A DNA stretch of 64,000 bases, taken from Geosiphon pyriformis uo1. Its lineage: Eukaryota; Fungi; Glomeromycota. The translations under genes were made by a program, and so were the position numbers. The notes under the pieces are model-generated. The model ran no database searches. It was not told where the DNA came from and saw only the letters and a program-made list of their open reading frames with translations. The stretch spans positions 912,604 through 976,603 of the forward strand of contig JAAOMT010000226.1 of the NCBI GenBank assembly GCA_016748015.1. The letters run 5' to 3'. Below, piece by piece: positions 28,330-41,091 of the stretch (positions are counted from its first letter, which is position 1; each line of letters starts with the position of its first letter).

Positions 28330-30100
28330 TTTAAGGAACTAATTAGTTGTTAAAATTAAATTTGTTGTTGTTTATTGCAAATTGGTTTTAAGATGTAAAT
28401 TAGTTTTGTTGAACTAATTTTTAAGCAGATACTTGATATTATTATATAAGTAGTGATTAATATTGTTGTTGTATTGGTTGAAAAACAGACTAATAATAGT
28501 TGGTTTGATATTGAGGTTTGAATAAATAGTACAATAGTAGTAAAGATTGATAATAAAATAACTGTAATTAAGAATAATATTAATTATTTTTGTTTTGTAA
28601 TCTTTTTGCATTTTTTATAATCTTGTTTTATTGATTTTTTTGTATTTTTTATAATCTTGTTTTTAGTATTTTGGAATTTTACAATAATAATAGCTTTGGT
28701 TTTAATTGTTTAATAATAGAAAGTTGTTTGGATTTTGTTATTATGATAGTTGATATTTTTGTTATTGCTATTTTTATTGGTTAGTAAAATAGTTTTTAAC
28801 TTTTTTAGTTAATTAGTCGATTTTTTTTCAGCTGCTGAATTGGTTTTTCTAATAGTTAAGTTAACAAGTTTTGTGTAATTGGCTTTTTTTATTGTTATTT
28901 CATAAATCTTGGCATGTTAAATAATAATGACTAAGTCTTTTAAAGCATATAGTTAAACTTTTTTAATAAGTTTGTTTTTTAATCCTACAATAAATTGATT
29001 CAAAATCTGGGTATTAAAATAGTAATTGTTAATTTCTAATTGTCAAATTTGTCAAAAAAGTTTGTTGAACTTTTCAAGATAAGTTATAACAAATTCAAAT
29101 GGTTTTTGTTTGATATTGTAGAACTGATTTTAAAAAATAATGGATATATTGTTGTCAATAAATTGTTCTAAGAAAACATTTTTGAATGCTTACCAGTTTT
29201 TATATAATTTAGCCAAATTTTCAAATCATTTTTTAGCTATTTTTTATAGAAAGTAAAAAATTGTTTTTAACATTTTGAGTGTATTCTATCTATTTGTTTT
29301 TTCTGTTTTTGAAACTTTGTTAAGCCATTTTTGAAAACTAATATTAGTATTTTTGTCAGTAAATTCAGTGATTTTTGTAATATAAGTAGTTGCCATGTCT
29401 TTAATATCTTTGTTTCCAGTAGGTTTTTTCTCTGTAAATTCAGAAATGTCTTTATTGTTATTAAAGTAATTACTTTGGTTCTTTGCTAAGAAATTGAAAA
29501 AATTAGTATTAATAGATATTGTTTCTGGTTGTTGAGTAAGACTTTTTGGTAAAATAAAATCTTTTGGTCTTAAAAACCAAATATGAAATAAATTGAGTGT
29601 TTGTGGTTAAGCAAATAAAATTAGAAATAATGTAATAAAAAATAATAATTGAATACTAATTCCTTGTTTGGGTATTTGCAAGTATTTGGCCATTATTTCT
29701 GGTGTGTTGTGAATTGTTTTTGGGTTTTATTTTTGTTTTTGTTTTTTTTGTTGTTATTTTTAGGTTTTGATTCTATGTTTAAAGAAAATTTGAATTATAT
29801 TGGGTATTTTTTTTACAATATTAAATAATATTAAAGTTGAGTTTCTAAAAATAGATATCAAGTATTTCATTATTAAAGTTTTTTGTTTCTAAGCAGAAAT
29901 AGTATAGTAAATTTTTATAGAGATTGTTTCTGACTTTTGAAATATTGTAGTTTTCAAAAAAATAATTGTTAATATAGTTTTTAATATATTAGTATAATAA
30001 TTTTTTAAAAACTTCAATTCTGTTTTGGATGTTAAATTTTTGCTTGTAGTAAGTGTAAATTGACTGTTAATACTTTAGAATTGTTATGTTAAATGTGATT
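28330..30100 (-). pseudogene. Highly decayed gag of family B
   Basis: Minus-strand translation MATTYITKITEFT (from ~29396) and NQFYNIKQKPFEFVITYLEKFNKL (~29050-29130) parallel the family A gag. Confidence 0.75.
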
Positions 30101-30150
30101 GCCACTTTAAAGTTATTGTTACTGTATTATTTTTATAAGAAAACACCAAA

Positions 30151-31069
30151 TATTACCAGAAATTTTTGGTTTCTTTTCGTTAATATTATTAGTGACTATT
30201 TGTTGTAAATTTACATTTTCTGAAAGCTATTGAATCTCTGATAACTGAATTTATCTTTAAATTATCTTCTATAATTTGAACTGCTGGGCTTATAAGTGAA
30301 ATGACTAATTCTGTACCAGTTATTTTGTATAGTTATATTGTAATAAATGCCAATCTTTTTCCAAAAATTACTTATCTGAAAGCTCACTAAAAAATATGTA
30401 GTTACTTTGTTATAAAAGTCAACTTTTCTACAGAATTCTTGTCTGTAAATTATTTTAATGATTATAATAAAAAAAATAAAAAAAATGTAAAAGAAATAGA
30501 ATTTTATTAAAGAAATTGTTTTCTATTTAAGCCTAGAATTACTAACAAATTACTGAACTTAGTAGCTAATTAATTTCAAAATATTAGTTGAATTCTGGAA
30601 AATTTTAAGTATAATTACTAAAGAAATTGGTTTTTTAAAGTATATTTTTATTTAAATTGTAATACCGAAAATGAATCAAAAAATAAGTTTTTTATTCTTT
30701 AATAAAATAAATTTTTTCGAAAAAAAAAGCTTTTCTTTTATACAACTTGTTGTAGTACTAGTCTATAAACTTGCACTTTTTTTTTGTTATAATTTTGACA
30801 AACTAAAGATAAATTTCGACAAACTATGAATAATTTTTGTGAACTATTAAAATATTTTGCAAATTTCTACAAATTTTGGTAAATTCTTAAATATTACAGA
30901 GTTCGAGATATTGCATAATTTGATTATTATAATTGTGTATCATACAAATTAGGTTATTAATTAGATAATAATATTCGAAAATTTAATTAACTAATAAATA
31001 ATAATTAAAATAATAAGAATTATAAGAGTAATTTTATGTTAATTACTAATTAAAATTTTATTGATAATA
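30151..31069 (-). repeat. 5' LTR of family B element
   Basis: Colinear with 18337-19261; adjacent to PBS. Confidence 0.88.
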
Positions 31070-31073
31070 CTGT

Positions 31074-32950
31074 TTTAATTTATTAATTAATTTTAATAAA
31101 AAAAAATCTTAAAATTTTTAAAAACAATTTTAATATATATTTTTTAATTTTATTGTTTTTAATATTTTTTATTATAATAATACTTATTTTATTTTTAAGC
31201 TTTTAGATTTTACTTAATAATTAATAAATATTATTAATGTTTTTAATTTTTAAATATTGTTGTAATTAAAATTAATACTTTAAAAAATTCATATTTTTTG
31301 TTTGTTAATATTGTTTTAAATATTAAAATTTGAATTATTTGGTTTTTAAATGTAAAGTATCTTTATTTTATTTATTAAAGTTGGTGTTTAAGTTTATATT
31401 AAATTTCAAAGTTTTTAAAAATTAATTTATTAATATTAGATTAAATATAAAAGCTGCTGTTTTTTTACTTTTTTTTGTTATTATTAATTTTGCAATTGGT
31501 TTTAAATTAGTTTCTTTAAAATTTAAGTTAATAAAATTAGTTTTTTAATCAAATTTATTATTAAATTTGTTAAATTTTTGTTTATTGTAAATGTTAAAAT
31601 AAAAAATGTTTTTATAATTAAAAAAGAAATTGGTATTTTTGACAAAATTATTGGTAATTTAAGTAAAAAATAATTAATTTTAAGATAAAATATAATGAAT
31701 ATAGTTTTTTTAATAATATAGATAATAATAATTTAAGTTTTTTTTATTAGTAAAATATTTTTTGTTGAAATAATAGTTTTATAAAAGTTTTAAGCTTTAA
31801 ATATTTAATTTAATATAAGTAAAACCATTAAATAAATAACTAATTTGGTTTTTAATAACAATAATTTAATTATAATTATGTATAAAATAACAATTTTAAA
31901 TAATTTTTTTTTAAAATTCAATATAATAAGATTTTAACTAATTTGAATAACTAATTATATATAATAATACATAAATTATACTTATTTTAAAGTTTTATAG
32001 CTATATAAATAAAATAAAATTTGTTTATTTTTTATTTTAATTAAAATTATTAAAATACCAAAAAAAGTTTTTTAATTTATTTATTATATAAGTAATGTTT
32101 TATATTAAGTTATCTAAAATTAATTATCAAAATTATTAATTTTTAAAAAAATAACATGTTACATAAATTTATAGCTTAATTAATATATTTAAAATAATAT
32201 TAATATAATATATAATTTTTATATAAATAGCTTTTTTGTAATTTAAAAAAAGTATTAATTTATATTATATTTATTTTTAATTATGGTTTTATAATAAATA
32301 TTAAATTTTGTAAAATTTTAATTAATAATAAAGCTTATTTTTTTTGGTTATATAATTCATTTTTTTATTGTTTATTAAAAACAAGCTCAAAATTAAAATT
32401 TTTTTAAAAAAATCTCAGTTGTAAATTATTGTGTATTAATAGCTAGTTTTATTAAAAGCTTTATTGAAATTTAAGAAATATATATATGTGTTTTTTAAAT
32501 AATAATATAATAAATAGCAATAAGTTTTTAATAAGTAATAATATATTAAATTATTTAAGATTTTTAATCTTTTAAAGAAGTTTATTTATTTACGGTAATA
32601 AAACTTTAAATTATTTTATTGATAATATAAATTCAAAAAAATTGTTTTTAATATTTTATATAGTATAATTTTAATGTAAATTTAAAGTCTTAAAATTTTA
32701 CTTTGTTAAAACAAATAAAAAAATAAAAAATTATTTTAAACAATATAAACAGTTAATCAAATATAAAACATGTATAAATCACATTTACTTTGGTTTTTAA
32801 TTTTTAAAATATAAATAAAAATATAATTTAATGTAATTCTAAACAAATAATGATAATAATAATTAAATTTATATTACTTTTTATACTATTTTTTTAAATA
32901 ATATTTTTATTCCATAATTGGCCACTATTTAAAATTTTAGGGCTAAATAG
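31074..32950. repeat. AT-rich repeat family, largely inverted relative to ~2400-3500
   Basis: 31450-31570 approximates the reverse complement of 3050-3180; 31790-31940 approximates the reverse complement of 2680-2860. Confidence 0.65.
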
Positions 32951-33513
32951 CTAATAATTTAACCTTTTAAATTTAAATTTTATATAAATTAATTTTGAGC
33001 TGAGAAAAAAATTAACACAATATCAAACTACAAAATTTAAAAAGCATTCCTGCATTTTCCCGCCTAGAAATTACACCTTCCCGTTTATAGAAGGATTAGC
33101 CTCAATGTTCTGAATGACTTTTTTTGGGAGAAATTCGTACATAGTGAGATAGCTGTGAAATATTTTGAGTTTAGCCTTGGTTACCAACATAGGGAATGAC
33201 CATCCTTGTAATGGAGATTGGTAATTGAGACCTGATAAAAGATAAGGTTTTGCAAATAGCATGCAGTTAACGAGTTTTTAGACGAAGAGAATTTATTTTG
33301 ATTCGATAAACTTGAAGGGAAATGGGATAAATGCTATTTAAGCACTGTTCGTCTTAACGAAAATTAATATTGAAGGCTAATACCTCTAATGTTGAAAGAT
33401 AACAAAAAATGATTGTTTCAAACGAAATAAAAATGTTCTTGAGTAGAGCAAAAATAGGCCATATAAACCAAAATTGTTATCGCCTGAAAACCAAAACCAG
33501 ATTCTGATGGCAC

Positions 33514-35587
33514 TCATATCTGGGGCGTGCTCGTTTGGGAAGCGGATTTTGGATTGGACTGATCAAAAGAGGTGTTAGCTTGGGGTGATGACGATGAAGA
33601 TTTGATAACATTAACTAAGTCTTCTTTACGAGAGGGATTGTCTAAATCCATTACATCAGAATTTGAATCCAAATTCATTGGTGTGGTAGATGATACTTCC
33701 CGTGGATGGTTCTCAAAAAATTTGGCAGATAAGGTATGAGAGTATTTTCCTCGTCTAGGCCGATAATCACTGGTGTATTTCGCGCGGTACATATCAAGAG
33801 CTTTTTGAAGCAGCAATTTTTTCTCCCCAAGTTTTGTAGAATTCAAATAAGCCTTTTGATCGAATAAAAAAACATAATAAAAAATCTGCCAAAAAATGAT
33901 TTGATTGGGAGTTCCAGAGTAGGTTTAATCTTACCAATTTCCAACCTAGCTCATTGCACCAATTTTCAAGGTCCCAATTAGTCCCTTTATAATTGTTTCG
34001 ATCGCAAAAAGCTCGAGGATAAACGCAATTCTTTTTCCTAAATTCATCAGGTATATCTGTCATGTTAACAGATTCAATGTCGGCTCGAACTCGAACTCTG
34101 GTCGAAACACCTTTAACAACTGAATCAATTGATAATTGCTTTGCTGCTCCTCGCTGCCTTTTGACAGAAAGATTGAGATCAGCATTTCCATCAAAAGCAT
34201 CGCCATCACGGGCAGCCCTTTTACGTAATGTTCCATTTAATATTTTTTCATTTCTGACAACTCGTCTGGACCTCATATTCGGATCGCGATTTCGATAACT
34301 GTCAACTGCTCGCTGAAGTAATCCCCTTTTTCCGGAAATATCAGCGGAATTGAGCCATGCTAGTTTCCAGCCTAATATATTACATTCGTTCTCATATGCC
34401 CATCGATTTCCTTGATATTTATCTTCTGAACAATTTGCACGGGGATATAGGCAATTATCGTTTTTGAATTCTTCACTTATATCATTAAGATTAACGTGGT
34501 CCACATCAATGCGTATTCGATATTCTTTATTGTTGCCCTTCACGGAATAAGTAAATACCACAAATTGCACACCCTCGCGCGTCTCGATAATAGGATCAGT
34601 GGCGGGTAATGCATGATTTGGGGAAGGATTAGAAATCAGAGGTTCGGGTTGTTTAAGAGCACCCAGTGATTGTTGTTGATTTGGAGATGGAGAAGGGATT
34701 TGATGCTTAGTCAACTGATCTTGTAATTTTGGTGATTTTTGTTGCTTTGGCTGTAAAGATTGTGTTAATATTGGTAATAAATTTTGAGGATGTTCTTGTT
34801 GTTGTTGAATGTCAGGATGTTCATGATGTTCAGGAAGTTTTTCATGTTGATCTTGATTTTGTGTTGTTTCAACATTAATATTGGAAGTTGATGAGTTGTC
34901 GTTGTTCACATTTGTTTGTGCAGATGACGGCGATGATGATGATGATGACGATGATGATGATGTTATGGAATTAATAGTTTTTTTTTTAATTAGCTGTGGG
35001 TTGCTAATAGGTTTTGTTATCATTGTGGAGACATTTGGTGATGGGGAAACTGTTCTGTGTGGGAGCAAGTTATTACTACCAAAAAGGACACCAGTATTAT
35101 TGGTAATATTAGTATTATTACTATTGATAATCTTTTTCTGTTCTTTAGCCTTTTTCTTTTTCGCTCTTTGTATTGTCCTTTCGAGTGATAAAAATTGTTC
35201 AATTGAAATTGTCGTAAGAAGTTCTTCGGTGTGTTGGTCTGGTCTAATGAGAGACGCTAGTGTGATATGAGGAATAGGAGGTTGAACAGTTTGGGGATTC
35301 GAGGTAGTTGCGACGTTTTCAGGTGGATAGCGTAAAACATTTTGAGCACTTGATAAAGAGGAAGTTTGAGAAGCTGGTTGAATTTGAGTTTGTGGAATGT
35401 TTGAGGACTTATCACTTAAATTGACCCAAGTTAATGCCTCAGTAGGAGACTTGGTTTTTTCGGTGCTCGTAGGAGTTACACTAGAGAGAGGATCAGCCTT
35501 AGGTGGAGAGGAAAGTGAGGTTGTTAGTCTTTCCGTTTGTAAGTTTGATCCGTTCTTTCGAGTTTCGCGTTGGGAAGGTTGTTGCAT
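33514..35587 (-). CDS. Protein with a long S/Q/P-rich disordered N-terminus and two tandem copies of a fungal domain of unknown function (DUF8032-like, from recall)
   Basis: 597-codon ORF; GT-AG intron 33853-33934 joins GWKL to AYLNSTKLGEKKLLLQKALDMYR, matching repeat 1 (GWKLAWLNSADISGKRGLLQRAVDSYR); CpG retained. The 3' end could have further exons. Confidence 0.85.
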
Positions 35588-38500
35588 TTTTCTTTTTGTT
35601 CAACTATCGGTTTATCGCGACAGGGGGTCTATATCCCTAACAAACTTCGCGAGAATTCACCAAATTATATTGTAACCCCTGAGTGTTTCTAAGTTTGGTT
35701 TTTTGACGAGGGTGTAGTATTTACCCAGTTGTTTGTTGGACATTGAATCAACTCCCAGGAGTTCTCCCACCCCATGGCATGCATAAGGAATTGCATGTCA
35801 TCCTGATCAATTTTAATTGGTCCTACGGTCAATTCCTAAAAAATCTGACAAGACTTCCAATTTTGGTTTTGAAGTAATGATAAATTTAATCATTCCCTCT
35901 TATGAACGGCGATGCCAACAGGAGGCGATGATACCTAAATCACTTCAAAAAGGAGTTTTTTTGCCGGTGCAGAAAAAATGCGAGTAAATAGGATGCAGCC
36001 TGTGAAAATCTTTTTTCGCAGAAACATCTTTGTAATAATAAATAAAGAAATTCAATAAAAACAGGTAAAAGTCGAGTTCTGAAATAATAGCTAACAAATA
36101 AACTTTTTTAATCAAACTTGATAAATTTTTTCGACTCCTTATTATGATCAGGAATAATCTTTTTGAAAAAATGATAATTATGAGTGACAACAACAACAAT
36201 AATAATAATAATAATTTAAAATTACAAGTGTTCGAAAATCTCTCCTAATAGATATTATGTCTATGAAATAATAGATTTAGAACAATTTTGAGGTTTGAAA
36301 TGAAAATTGGTTCAAGTCTATTATCATCTCAAGCTTGCTTACATTTGCAATAAATGTAAAAATTACTTAGGAAAAACTTTTTAATTAAGTGGCGTTTTGT
36401 GCAATGGGAAATTTTCAAAATTCGGACTTCTGAAAGAAAAGTAAAAAAATTAAACAAGACCCAAAAACAATTTTTTGGGAATTCTTCATTTGTTTTTTTT
36501 CAATTGCAAAAAGATTTTCCTATCAATTTAGAAATGAGGCAAAATTATTTAGCGTGAGCATATTTCATGAATGAAACCAATTTAAAAGTGAAATTTTCCA
36601 AAATGCACATATCTTTATTAGCTGACTTAAATGACCTTCTGTTTTAGAATCAAATAAATTATTGTAAATGAAACTAAATTGAAACATAAATAACAGTAAT
36701 TTGAAAAATTAAAAAATTCACACTAATAATTAATAGCAAAACAAACCTTTCTTATTAATATCTGATCTTAGTTTAAAATTTATTCTTAATAAGAAGCTTA
36801 AAATTTTGTTCTTTTTGAGATGCTTGGAATAATTGAGAAAACAACAAATTGGCTTGTCCAATTTTAAATCATTTCAAACGTTATTTGTAAACACAATTAT
36901 TAATACGAGAGAAAGAAAAGATTTAAAACAAACAAAATCTTTTTTTTGCAATTAAGTTCTATTGTAAGAAATAATAAAGGAAATTTAAAATAAATGTGAT
37001 TTGTTTTAATGATAACTTTTTTCAAAGAACATTATATAATAATTTAACATCAGTTAATAAAAGAAAATTAATTCAATTTTTTATTTTTACAAAGTTAGCA
37101 TGCTTAATTAAACCAAATAAGAAAAAAGAAATTTTAAAATTGGTTGAATTGATTATTTTAAAATGTATTATTTTAAATTATTATATCATATTTTAAATTA
37201 TTTAAAAATACAAAATATAACTGTTATATTAAATTCTTAAACAATTTTTTATTTATTGATTTATAGCTTTCGATTACATATTTTAATATTACATAAAATT
37301 CATTTTTATTATATTTTTAGTTTTTGTTAGCAAATTTGTTACTTTTTTAAACCATATTATTTGTAAAATATTTTAAATTGTAATCCAAAAATCAAATGTT
37401 TAAAAATTTGCAAAAAGTTCATAATATTTAAATTTTAATAATAATAAATCTAATTTTAAGTTATTTTCAAGTTAATTAATTTAGGTTTTTAAAGTTTAAT
37501 TACAATAGTATTATGTTTAAAAATTAAAAAGTAAATTTTGTTGTGTTTAAAATATATAGAAAAAATGAAGTTTAATTAACTTAATAGCTAATTAACTTTA
37601 GAAAATTAATTTATAATGCAATAAAATATATTAAAAAATGGTTTAATAAATTATTGTTTTTTTAAAAAGTTGAATTTTTTATTTATTGTAAAAGATATTT
37701 TGAAAAAAATAAGTTTTTTAAATAATTTTATTTTAAATTTTATTATTATTAGTTTTAAAAAACAATAAAAATAATACTAAAACTTTTTTTTTCTATTTTT
37801 ATAATTATAACCAAAGCAAATAGTAAAATAGTTATAATTTTTTTATTGTCTAAAACAACTGGTAATATTTTTATTAGTAAAACATTTATAACTATAAAAA
37901 CTATTTAATAACACTCTGTAAAAATGTTTTTTTTTAAATAATAATAATAATAATAATATATTTACTAAGATTAATTTTAATTAATTTTTGGCTATATTGT
38001 TTAATGTATTAATATTTAATTAATCTTTAACAGTTATAAAAGCATGACAAAACATGTTTTTATATGTGTTTTTAATTAATTAATATATTAAATTATTTAA
38101 TTTTAAAGATTAAACTAATTAAATAAAAACCAAATTATTCTTTTTTTGTTTTTTGATACTGTTTCTGGTAATGTTTAAAAAACAACTATTAATTATCAAA
38201 AATTTGCTAAATAAGTAGTTTTTACTTTAATGTTTAATAAAACTATTAAATTAAAATAGTTTATATTAAAGCTGTATTTTAGTTTTTGTATAGTTTTTTT
38301 AAATTGAATTTAATTATAAAAAACAATATTAAATTTATTATATAAAGTTTATATTTAAATTTTTTTAAATATTACTATATAAATTAAATTTTTTTTTTAT
38401 TAATCAAAGAAAATTTATTACTTTTTAAGATATTTTCAAAACTATATTGATTAATTTTTTTTAATTATATAGTTTTTAAAATTAAAAAATTGGTTTTTTA

Positions 38501-40920
38501 AGTTAATAATTATATTTGTTTTATTTTTTACTTTTTTAACTTTTTTTGTTAATTAAAATATGTAATTATTATTTTTGGTTTTAAAAAATATTATAATTAT
38601 TAAAACTAAGTAAAAAAACTTTTGAATATTAATACTGTTTAAAGATATTAATATTTAGATTATTTAATAATAAATTATAAAAATTTTTTACTTCTATTTC
38701 TTAAGTTTTTATTTAAATTTACTAGATTTTTAATTCTTAGTTTGTTAATATTAAGACTTTTATTTTATTAGTTTTTTTTGTTATTATATTTTTAATTGTT
38801 CTTATTATTATTATTATTAATTTTGTAATTAATTTTAAGTTGAATTTTTTGGAATTTTAAATCTTTGATTTAACTGTATTAATAAAATTTATTGTTAAAC
38901 TAATTGGTTTTTTAATTGTTTTAATAATTTTTTTAGTTAAAAATAAACATAAAAATCTGTAAATTTATAAGTATTATATTTAATAATAAAAACAGTTTTC
39001 TAACAACTTTTAGATCTATTTTTACTTGTTAAAATTTAGTAATTAAATTAATATTAAAAAAATAGTATTATTAAATTAGTTTAATATTTTATTAATATTG
39101 AAAAATAAGATATATATTTTTTAATGATAATATTTAATAACTAATAATTAATATAAAAGCATAAAATTTTATCTTTTTAAAAAATTATTTTTATTAACTT
39201 ATTTATTTTTAGTTTTTTGTATAAATTTAAGTTTTTTATTTGGGGGTTTTTTTTAATAAATTTATTATTATAATAATTAACAAATATATTTTTAAATAAA
39301 TAAAATAAATTTTTCTGGTAAAATAATATAATATAATATATTGGTTTATTTAAAAAGTTATTTTTTTAAATATTATTAGATTAATAAATTTTTAATGAAA
39401 AAATTTTTAAAAATTTTATTTTCAAAAAACCTCCTTATTTTTTTATTTTTTTTAAAAATATCAAACTAATAAGTTTTTAATTTTGGTAATAAATTCAATA
39501 AAACATATATTTATTATAAAGAAAATACAATTTATTAATTTTAAACACAAAAATTATATAATTAATATTTGTATTTGGTTTTTTTGCCAAATTTTTTATT
39601 AAAAATTTTTTGAAAATATTATAATAAAACCAGCAAATTAACTTGTTATTAACTATAATTTTTTTTGTTAACTTTAATATTGTTTAAAAAATTTTTATTA
39701 TTAGTAAAAATAATATAAATAAATTTATTAAATTTTCTATATTTTTTTATTTTTTTACTATTTTTTTAACTTTGTTTTTAACTTTGGTAAAATTGCTTTG
39801 TAATAATACTTAATTACAATAAGCTTTTTATTATATTTAATAATACATTAATATAATTTATAATTAAATTTAGATTTTAACTTTTTTAAGATACTTATTG
39901 TTAATAATAATAATATATTACTTGGTTTTGATATTAATTTTAATACAAATATTATTAATATAAACAAAAATAGCTTTAATATATTAAAATTTTATTATTA
40001 TTATTAACAAATTAGCTTGGCAAAAACATTTATTAATTTTAAATTTTTTTTTTAAGATTAAAATTTTTATTAAATAAATTATTATTTTGCCAAAAATAAT
40101 ATATATTAAATTTTTTTTATTTTGGTTGTTTATTATTTTTAATAACAAAATTAAAAATTTGATTTAATTTGGTTTTAAAGTAAAATTTATTTTGGTTTGT
40201 TTTTTTTTCTTTTAAAATTAAAAAAATTAATAACCAGTTTATTTATTTTATAATTATTGTTAATTAAATTAAATACATATTAAATTTTTTGGTTAATTTG
40301 TATTTTATTGTTATGATTATATTAATAAGTTAATAATAAAAAAAAACAATATTATATAGTAATAAAATAATTAAAAGAATAATTTAACTTTAATAAGTAA
40401 ATTAAATTAATAAAATTCAATATGTGAAATTAATTTTATGAATATTTTAATTGCTATTCTTTTCGAAAAATAACAAGAAAATTTGAAAATAGAAAGATAA
40501 TCTATACTATTAATAAAAGATAATATATTAATATAATTTTATGCTTTATATTAATGCTTTTAGAACTTAATATTAAGTATTAACTGTATTTTTTAGTAAT
40601 TATTTTTTTAATTATTTTTTACTTATTAAATTATAAAAACAAGGAAACACTTTTTTAAATTAATTCTAACAATATAAATCAAGAAAATAAAATATGTAAA
40701 TACTAACAAATAATTTTTTATTTATTAAATACTTAATAAAAAATTAAAAAAAATAAACAATATATAAAAAGTTTAAATATGTTTTTATTATATTTAATAT
40801 TTAGTTTTTATTATTTAAATTTCATATTTTTTTACAATTAAACAATTTATTTATATAATTACAAAAAAGAGTTAATAACCAAATTAATAATTATTATTTA
40901 AAAATAAAACAACTAATTAT

Positions 40921-41091
40921 TATTTTTTTATTATCATTTTACGAGTGAGGTCCAAACGCTACCTAGCACTATACATCATACAAATGATCTAAACTAGGTG
41001 CGAATCATGCACTTTCTACACGTGACCAGCCACTCGGGCCAGTCAGGACAACACTACACACCTATATGCACAGAGACTGTGTCCCCAATAC
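40921..41091 (-). mobile_element. 5'-truncated LINE 3' end with TSD
   Basis: Aligns to 3921-4100; TSD ctaattat at 40913-40920 and 41092-41099; retains CpG. Confidence 0.88.

Larger units (their letters stand above)
18337..31069 (-). mobile_element. Ty3/gypsy-type LTR element (family B), carrying nested insertions
   Basis: Direct ~920-bp LTRs at 18337-19261 and 30151-31069 with TGTTA...TAACA ends (decayed in the 30151-31069 copy); 4-bp TSD ttgt/ctgt; decayed PBS tttggtgttt at 30141-30150 (minus); purine tract at ~19263-19278; gag relic. Confidence 0.85.

Noticed and set aside
34881-35270. Plus-strand ORF with poly-Asp
   Set aside because: It is the antisense shadow of the poly-Ser tract in the minus-strand gene.
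35778-35806. Hairpin atggcatgca/tgcatgtcat upstream of the 33514-35587 gene
   Set aside because: A single short stem with no other support.
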